Part shown: in pieces, positions 8,012-13,782 of the stretch
Position numbering within the stretch: the first letter of the stretch is position 1
Layout of the letters: every line of letters begins with the position of its first letter
From: Myxococcales bacterium
Lineage (GTDB): Bacteria; Myxococcota; Myxococcia; Myxococcales; Anaeromyxobacteraceae
Assembly (NCBI GenBank): GCA_038320275.1
Contig: JBBQEB010000104.1
Coordinates: 1 to 13,782 of the forward strand
Direction of reading: 5' to 3'
Length of the DNA: 13,782 nucleotides
Notes under the pieces: generated by a model
What the model was told of the DNA's origin: nothing
Databases searched by the model: none
What the model saw: the letters and a program-made list of their open reading frames with translations, nothing else
Program-made: the position numbers and the translations under genes

Positions 8012-8248
8012 ATGTCCGAGTTCAAGTACGTGGTCATCGGCGGCGGGATGACTGAGCACGCGACGACGAAGGGAATCCGATCGGTGGACGCGAGCGGCTC
8101 GATCGCCGTCTTCGGCGACGAACTGGCGCATCCGGATGCGCGCCCGTCGCTTGGCGCGTCTTCGAGAAGATGAATGCCGCGCGCGCCCTCATCGCCGAGG
8201 CAGGCCCGCACGATGCCGGGACGCTCCGCGGAAGGATCGACCCCCTGA
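8012..8248 (+). pseudogene. Relic of an FAD-dependent pyridine nucleotide-disulfide oxidoreductase (ferredoxin-reductase-like), N- and C-termini joined by an internal deletion
   Basis: GGAGAG RBS and ATG 8012 give MSEFKYVVIGGGMTEHATTKGIRSVDASGSIAVFGDELAHPDARPSL, a degenerate Rossmann FAD-binding start with a P..RP.L motif, stopping at 8171-8173. Another frame from 8152 gives WRVFEKMNAARALIAEAGPHDAGTLRGRI, which resembles the family's extreme C-terminus. Confidence 0.7.
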
Positions 8249-8360
8249 CGCCCACGTCACCGCTGGGGAATGCGTTTGCTCCCCATGTAAGACGGGTGGC
8301 CGCGGACCTTCCGCGCGCCACCCGTGCGTACCTCTCCTCCTCGGAAGGAGGGCTGTAGCC

Positions 8361-8660
8361 TTACGCCTTCTTGTGGCACTCCGTGCACTTGGTGGGCGCC
8401 TTGTGGGAGGCGTCGGCCTTGTGGCACTCGAGGCAGGTCGCGTGGCCGGCCTTCATGTTGCCGTCGAAGTCGGCGATCTTGCCGTGGCCGGCCTCGCCGT
8501 GACACACGGTGCACTTCACCGACTTGTGGTTGGAGTGGTTGAACGTGATGTTCGCCTGCTTCGTACCCTTGATGGTGATCGGGCCGGTCGGAGCGTCGAC
8601 CGCGAGCACGGGGGAGGCGAACAGAGCTGCCGCGAGGGCGAACGACATGAGTCGGAGCAT
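8361..8660 (-). CDS. Periplasmic triheme class III cytochrome c (c7/PpcA-like, 99 aa precursor)
   Basis: Signal peptide MLRLMSFALAAALFASPVLA, the ITFNHSNH distal-His motif and three CxxCH motifs (CTVCH, CLECH, CTECH). RBS AGGAAGGGG. Confidence 0.93.
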   Translation of the reverse strand: MLRLMSFALAAALFASPVLAVDAPTGPITIKGTKQANITFNHSNHKSVKCTVCHGEAGHGKIADFDGNMKAGHATCLECHKADASHKAPTKCTECHKKA

Positions 8661-8850
8661 CGGGGAATCCCCTTCCTGAGGATGTACGCGGAGCGACAGG
8701 CTTCGCGAGTGGTCGCGGACTGTACGGCCTGGCTTTCCGTCCATTCAAGCCCAGTAGGGTCTGCGTCGCCGTGTCGCACCCGATCGAGCGTGAGGATCTG
8801 TGCTCCCGGAAAATGGACGGGCGATGGAGGACATCTAGACTCGCCGGCCG

Positions 8851-10287
8851 ATGCTCGCACCCCTCTGCGCTGCGCTTGCGCTTGCGCTGGCGCTGGCCGC
8901 GCCAGTCCGGGCGCCTTCATCCGGCCGGAGCCGGGCCGCCCGTCCGGTGGCGAGCCCAGCCGCGAGCTCGCTCGCGAGCGCCCGTGCGCTGCTCGAGGCG
9001 GTGAAGCGCGACCCCGTCCGGCGGCGCCACCGGGACGCCTGGGAGCGGGCCATCCTCGCCATGGAGGCGGCGGCGAAGGGTTCACAGCGCGCGCCCGCCT
9101 TGCTGGAGGCGGCACGCGCCCGGTACGCGCTCTACCGCTTCTCGCAGGTGGAGTCCGACCGCGCGGCGGCGCTCCGCCTCGCCGCAGAGGCGAGGGCCGC
9201 GGGAGCGAAGGAAGCCGGCGCGCTCGCCGCCGCCATTCGCAAGGAGATGGCCGGGAAGAGCCCCGCGCGGCCCAAGGCCCCCTCCACCCCGTCGCTCCCG
9301 CGTTTCGCCACGCCGCTCCCGCCTGCGCTCCCCCGGCCGGAGCCCTCTGCCGGTGCCGAGGAGGACGAGGAGGGCTCCATGGACCCTGTCCTGGAGCGCG
9401 CGCTGGCGGGGGAGGCCGACGATGGAGCGGCAGCGGGCGAGGCCGCGCCGCCAGCCGCCCGGACTGGAAAGGGAGTCGAGACTGCCGACGCCGCCGAAGA
9501 GGACGACGACGGCGGCGAAGGCGCGGCGGTGCTTCGCTCGCGCGGGCTGGGGGCGGAGCTCCCCGCCCGGCGGCCGGTGAGGCGGGTGGTGGTGGACGCG
9601 GGGCATGGCGGCCACGACACGGGCGCCATCGGCCCCAGCGGCGTGCGGGAGAAGGACGTCACCCTCGCCATGGCGCGGCGGCTGTCGCGCCAGCTCCGGG
9701 CCCGCGGCTTCGAGGTGGTGCTCACGCGCGACAGGGATGCTTACCTCGCGCTCGCGGAGCGCAGCGCAGCAGCCAATGCCCGCAAGGGCGACCTTCTCGT
9801 CTCGCTGCACGCCAACGCGCACCCGCGGCGGGACCAGCGCGGGGTGGAGACCTACGTTCTGAACGTCGCCGACGACCGCTACGCGGCGCGGCTGGCGGCG
9901 CGCGAGAATGGCGCCCTGGTGCGGTCGCGCCGCCCGGGCGGCGGCGGAGCGGTGGTGCGCCACATCCTCGCCGACCTGGAGGCGAAGTCGAGCGCGGAGG
10001 CCTCGCGCAAGCTCGCCGTGCTGGTGCAGCGCGAGGTCTGCACCGGTGTGCGGGAGAAGGTGGGCGAGGTGCGCGACCTCGGCGTGAAGAGCGCGCTCTT
10101 CCACGTCCTCCTCGGCGCGCGCATGCCGGCGGTCCTGGTGGAGACCTCCTTCATCTCCAATCGCGAGGACGAGCGGCGGCTCGCGAGCAGCCGCTTCCAG
10201 GAGGAGGTCGCGGCCAGCATCGCGAGGGCAGTGTCGCGCTTCGCGGAGCGGGAGGCGCGCGACGCAAGGGTGGCGCTGGCCAGGTGA
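8851..10287 (+). CDS. N-acetylmuramoyl-L-alanine amidase (Amidase_3, AmiA/AmiC-like)
   Basis: An N-terminal signal sequence, a helical region and a low-complexity linker precede the catalytic motifs VVVDAGHGGHDTGAIG, EKDVTL, LTRDRD, SLHANA and MPAVLVETSFISN. Confidence 0.95.
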   Translation: MLAPLCAALALALALAAPVRAPSSGRSRAARPVASPAASSLASARALLEAVKRDPVRRRHRDAWERAILAMEAAAKGSQRAPALLEAARARYALYRFSQVESDRAAALRLAAEARAAGAKEAGALAAAIRKEMAGKSPARPKAPSTPSLPRFATPLPPALPRPEPSAGAEEDEEGSMDPVLERALAGEADDGAAAGEAAPPAARTGKGVETADAAEEDDDGGEGAAVLRSRGLGAELPARRPVRRVVVDAGHGGHDTGAIGPSGVREKDVTLAMARRLSRQLRARGFEVVLTRDRDAYLALAERSAAANARKGDLLVSLHANAHPRRDQRGVETYVLNVADDRYAARLAARENGALVRSRRPGGGGAVVRHILADLEAKSSAEASRKLAVLVQREVCTGVREKVGEVRDLGVKSALFHVLLGARMPAVLVETSFISNREDERRLASSRFQEEVAASIARAVSRFAEREARDARVALAR

Positions 10288-10404
10288 GGGGGCGAAACGC
10301 GGTTTGCAGGGCTCACGCGTCGAGGGCTTCGCGGGCCGAGAGCGACGCCGCGGCATGGTGCCCGATCCTTTCCGCCCCCCGGAGGCGCCGCTAGCCCAGG
10401 GGCG

Positions 10405-13176
10405 ATGCTCCTCTCGACCTCCAGCGCCGCCGTGCTCCCCCAGCCGCCTCCTTACGAGCTCGAGCGGCGCCTGCCCGAGCTTCCGCCGCTCACCGGAGAC
10501 CTCAAGGCCGACCTGGCCGCGGGCCGCCGCTTCGTGGAGGACCTGCACCGTGGGGGCGCGAGCGGGCACACCGTGGTCCGGCTCCAGAGCGCGGCCATGG
10601 ACCGCATCGTGGTGGCGCTCTGGGAGCGGGCGCTCGCCGCCGCGGCCGAGCACTACGGCCCGGCGCCGCTCGCGCTCGTCGCCATCGGCGGCTACGGGAG
10701 GCGCGAGCTCGCCCCGTTCAGCGACCTCGATCTGCTCCTCCTGCACGAGGCTGGGGCGCCCAAGGACTTCGCCAGGGAGGCGAGCGAGCGGTTCGTGTAC
10801 GCGCTCTGGGACCTGAAGCTCGAGGTGGGCTACGGGGTGCGCGACCTCGCCGGCTGCGAGGAGCTCGCGAGGGAGGACCACACCGCGCGCACGGCGCTCC
10901 TCGACCTGCGCCCGCTCGCCGGGGACCGCGGGCTCTACAAGGAGCTCGAGCGCGAACAGCTCCACGGGCTCTCCCAGGTGCGGGTCGACGCCTTCGTGGC
11001 AGACAAGATCGCCGAGACGCGCGAGCGGCGGGAGAAGTACGGCGACTCGCTCTACCTCCTCGAGCCCAACGTGAAGCAGTCGGAGGGCGGGCTGCGGGAT
11101 CTACAGTCGGCGCTCTGGATCGCGCGCGCCCGCTGGAAGGTGGCCGGCATCACCGAGCTGCTCGCCCGCGCCATCCTGCCCGACCGCGAGATCCGCGACC
11201 TGCGCCACGCGCGCGACTTCCTCTGGCGCGTGCGCAACGAGATCCACTACGTCGCTGGCCGCAAGTCCGACCACCTCACCTTCGACGTCCAGCCCCAGGT
11301 GGCCGCCTTCCTCGGGTATGCGGACGCCAAGGAGGGCAGCGGAGTGGAGGCGTTCATGCGCCACTACTACCTGGCCGCGAAGGTCGTCCTCACCGCCAGC
11401 GACGCCATCGTCGACCGCGCGCTCGAGGCCCAGAGCACCACCGGCTGGAGACAGGTGCCTCCGCCAGCGGCGCTGTCCGGCGCCGAGCGGCGCCCGCCAT
11501 CCTCCCGCGACGCGTGGTCTCTCGCGGGCGGCGAGCTCAAGGTGTTCCGGGGCCGGCTCACCGTGTCCGACAGCGAGGTGCTGCGCCGCTCTCCGGCGGC
11601 GCTGGTGCGCCTCTTCGCCACGGCCGACCGGGAAGGGCTCGAGCTCTACCCGTACGCCCGCGACCTCGCCACCGCCGCCGCCGCCGAGCTTCCGCCCGAG
11701 GCCGCCGAGGACCGGGAGATGAACCAGGAGCTCCTGGCCTGCTTCACGCGGCCGGGGACGCGCGGCCGGTTCCTGTCCCTCATGCACCAGCTCGGGGTGC
11801 TGGCCCGGCTCATGCCCGAGTTCGCGCACGTCACCGCGCGCCGCCAGATCGACGTCTACCATGTGTACACGGTCGACGTTCACCTGCTCTTCGCGCTGCG
11901 GCGGCTGTTCGCGCTGCGCGCGGGCGACGTGCAGGAGGAGACGGTCGGCCCGCTCATGCGGCAACTGGAGCGACCCCTCTCCGTCTACCTGGGAACGCTC
12001 TTCCACGACATCGGCAAGGGGCTCGGCGGTGACCACTCGGTGCGGGGCGCCGAGATCGCGGGGCGCGCCTGCGTGCGCATGGGCATCGATCCGCCGGACG
12101 CTGCGGACGTGGAGTGGCTCGTCACGAAGCACCTGCGCATGAGCGCCATCGCGCAGCGGCGCGACCTCTCCGATCCCGACCTCATCCATGCCTTCGCGGA
12201 GGAGTGCGGCTCGGTGGACAGGCTCGACCAGCTCTACCTCCTCACCTACGCGGACATCGCGACGGTGGGCCCACGGACCTGGACCGACTGGAAGGCGCGC
12301 CTGTTGCGCGAGCTGTACGGCAAGACGCGCGCGGCGCTCCTCGAGGGCACTTCCCGCAGGGTGGAGCCTGGCACCGCCGAGTCGGTGTCGCGCGCGCGCG
12401 TGGCCGGCGAGCTCGCGGGTCGAGCATCGGCGAGCCGGGCCGCCCGATTCCTGGCGGGGATGCCGGCGCGCTACTTCCTCACCGTCGAGCCCAGCGCGGC
12501 CCCGCGCCACCTCCGCCTCCTCGGCATCGCCCGGAGCATGTCCTTCGCGACGGCCATCCATCACCGCCGGGAGCTCGGCATCTCGGAGCTCACGCTCACC
12601 GCCCCCGACCGGCCAGGTTTGCTGGCGCTGGTGGCCGGGGTGCTCTCCGCGCACCGCATCGACGTCCAGCACGCGGAGGTGTTTTCCACCGCTGCCGACG
12701 AGCGCTCGCTCGGTTGGCTGTCGTCGCGGGCGCTGGACCTCTTCGAGTTGCGCGGTCCAGAAGGGGGAGCCATCGACCCCTCTCGCTGGCGGGCGGCGCG
12801 CCGGGACCTCGCGCGCGTGCTCACGGGGGAGGAGTCGCTGGACAGCTTGCTCGCTCGCAAGCTGAAGGCCTCGTCCATCCCGCCCCGCCCGCTGCCTGGC
12901 GTCTCCACCAAGGTCGTCATCGACAACGACGCCTCACGCACCCACAGTGTCATCGACGTCTTCTGTGCCGATCGGGTGGGGCTCCTGTACACGCTCTCCC
13001 GTGCCTGTTTCGAGCTGGGGCTCTCCGTCGATCTGGCCCGCATCTCCACCGAGGGACACCGGGCCGCCGACGCCTTCTACGTGCGCTCGGGAGACGCGAC
13101 CCGGCTCGAAGGTGAGCGTGCAAAACGGGTGACGGAGGCGCTCCGGACGGCGCTGGGCGGGACGTCCCCGCCGTAG
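10405..13176 (+). CDS. glnD: [Protein-PII] uridylyltransferase / uridylyl-removing enzyme
   Basis: NTase motif AIGGYGRRELAPFSDLDLL, LEPNVKQSEGGLRD, HVYTVDVH, HD domain LFHDIGKG and two C-terminal ACT domains (DRPGLL, DRVGLL). Confidence 0.98.
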   Translation: MLLSTSSAAVLPQPPPYELERRLPELPPLTGDLKADLAAGRRFVEDLHRGGASGHTVVRLQSAAMDRIVVALWERALAAAAEHYGPAPLALVAIGGYGRRELAPFSDLDLLLLHEAGAPKDFAREASERFVYALWDLKLEVGYGVRDLAGCEELAREDHTARTALLDLRPLAGDRGLYKELEREQLHGLSQVRVDAFVADKIAETRERREKYGDSLYLLEPNVKQSEGGLRDLQSALWIARARWKVAGITELLARAILPDREIRDLRHARDFLWRVRNEIHYVAGRKSDHLTFDVQPQVAAFLGYADAKEGSGVEAFMRHYYLAAKVVLTASDAIVDRALEAQSTTGWRQVPPPAALSGAERRPPSSRDAWSLAGGELKVFRGRLTVSDSEVLRRSPAALVRLFATADREGLELYPYARDLATAAAAELPPEAAEDREMNQELLACFTRPGTRGRFLSLMHQLGVLARLMPEFAHVTARRQIDVYHVYTVDVHLLFALRRLFALRAGDVQEETVGPLMRQLERPLSVYLGTLFHDIGKGLGGDHSVRGAEIAGRACVRMGIDPPDAADVEWLVTKHLRMSAIAQRRDLSDPDLIHAFAEECGSVDRLDQLYLLTYADIATVGPRTWTDWKARLLRELYGKTRAALLEGTSRRVEPGTAESVSRARVAGELAGRASASRAARFLAGMPARYFLTVEPSAAPRHLRLLGIARSMSFATAIHHRRELGISELTLTAPDRPGLLALVAGVLSAHRIDVQHAEVFSTAADERSLGWLSSRALDLFELRGPEGGAIDPSRWRAARRDLARVLTGEESLDSLLARKLKASSIPPRPLPGVSTKVVIDNDASRTHSVIDVFCADRVGLLYTLSRACFELGLSVDLARISTEGHRAADAFYVRSGDATRLEGERAKRVTEALRTALGGTSPP

Positions 13177-13307
13177 CCCTTCAGCGCCCATCGGCCGGCC
13201 GGGCGCCGGGCTCTGGACCCAAAAGGCGTGCATCGCTCGAGCTCCCTTGTCCCCTTGGCACCCCGTGATCAGCGTTAGCCGCGCGAGCGGGAGGGAGCAG
13301 GCCCTTG

Positions 13308-13782
13308 GTGAGCGGAACGGTTCGGTTCGGGGTCGTCACGGCCTGGCCGGAGGAGGACTGGCACAGCCAGAGCCTGCTCCAGGCCTGCGCGCGCCTGGGT
13401 CCCTCCCGGGCGCTCGACCCTTCCGTGCTCGCCGCCTTCGTGGGCGATGCGTCGGTGGAGATCCTGCTCGGGGAGAGCCCTGCCTCGGACTTCGATGCCC
13501 TCCTGCTCGCCCGCGGGCTCGGGCCGGATGGCGATCCAGACGTGCAGTTCGAGATCTACCGGGCCCTGGAAGGCACCGGGTCGCTGGTCGTGAATCGCAT
13601 CGACGCGCTGCTCGCGGCGCAGGACAAGCTGCGCACCTCCTGGCTCCTGAGACTCGCTGGCGTACCCACCCCCCGGGCGGCGTGCGCCCAGGGCCCGCGC
13701 GAGGCGCTCCTCGCCCTCGATACCCTGCGGGATGCCGTGCTGAAGCCCATCGCCGGCTCGCTCGGGGATGGACTCCTTCGTG
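13308..13782 (+). CDS. RimK-family ATP-grasp ligase, 5' part (runs off the window; absent from the ORF track)
   Basis: GGGAGGGAG RBS, then TTG 13305 or GTG 13308. The frame reads ...VVNRIDALLAAQDKLRTSWLLRLAGVPTP...AVLKPIAGSLGDG, matching RimK/LysX ATP-grasp motifs. Confidence 0.88.
   Translation, partial: MSGTVRFGVVTAWPEEDWHSQSLLQACARLGPSRALDPSVLAAFVGDASVEILLGESPASDFDALLLARGLGPDGDPDVQFEIYRALEGTGSLVVNRIDALLAAQDKLRTSWLLRLAGVPTPRAACAQGPREALLALDTLRDAVLKPIAGSLGDGLLR

Noticed and set aside
8662..8672. GGGG-att-CCCC mini-hairpin over the cytochrome RBS
   Set aside because: A 4-bp stem with a 3-nt loop is too weak to claim translational control.
8136..10965. Long alternative-frame and antisense ORFs (8136..10394, 9082..10965; likewise 3385..4950, 5215..6780, 11101..12672)
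   Set aside because: These are R/A/G/P-rich shadow ORFs of real genes, expected at this GC content, and they carry no motifs.
13255..13272. TTGGCAC resembling a sigma54 -24 box upstream of the RimK-like gene
   Set aside because: The -12 position reads GATC rather than TTGC, so the conserved GC is missing.
1..13782. CRISPR array, tRNA, rRNA or IS element
   Set aside because: I saw no regularly spaced repeats, cloverleaf with T-loop consensus, or transposase motifs.

Overview
A very GC-rich window resembling Anaeromyxobacter/Myxococcota DNA. The core genes are the 3' end of mutS, an Amidase_3 N-acetylmuramoyl-L-alanine amidase, glnD and the start of a RimK-like ATP-grasp gene. Between mutS and the amidase lies a ~7.7 kb accessory patchwork. 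It holds a cupin gene, a twice-frameshifted sensor histidine kinase, DUF488, a Cys-rich MarR regulator, an internally deleted FAD-oxidoreductase relic and a triheme c7-type cytochrome. It also holds a 3.1 kb phage-type 'polyvalent protein' fragment truncated at both ends (ddrB-ParB-like, LPD3-like nuclease, zincin HExxH). Two hidden structures stand out. (1) Inside the phage ORF, right after the LPD3-like domain, are two tandem antisense transcription units. Each has a sigma70-like promoter with a 17-bp spacer, a closed hairpin starting at the predicted +1 and a U-rich tail, and the second sits in an in-frame 279-bp module bounded by direct repeats. (2) A ~45-bp promoter plus palindromic operator occurs twice, in front of marR and in front of the kinase. 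Domain calls come from motif recognition by eye, not from database searches.
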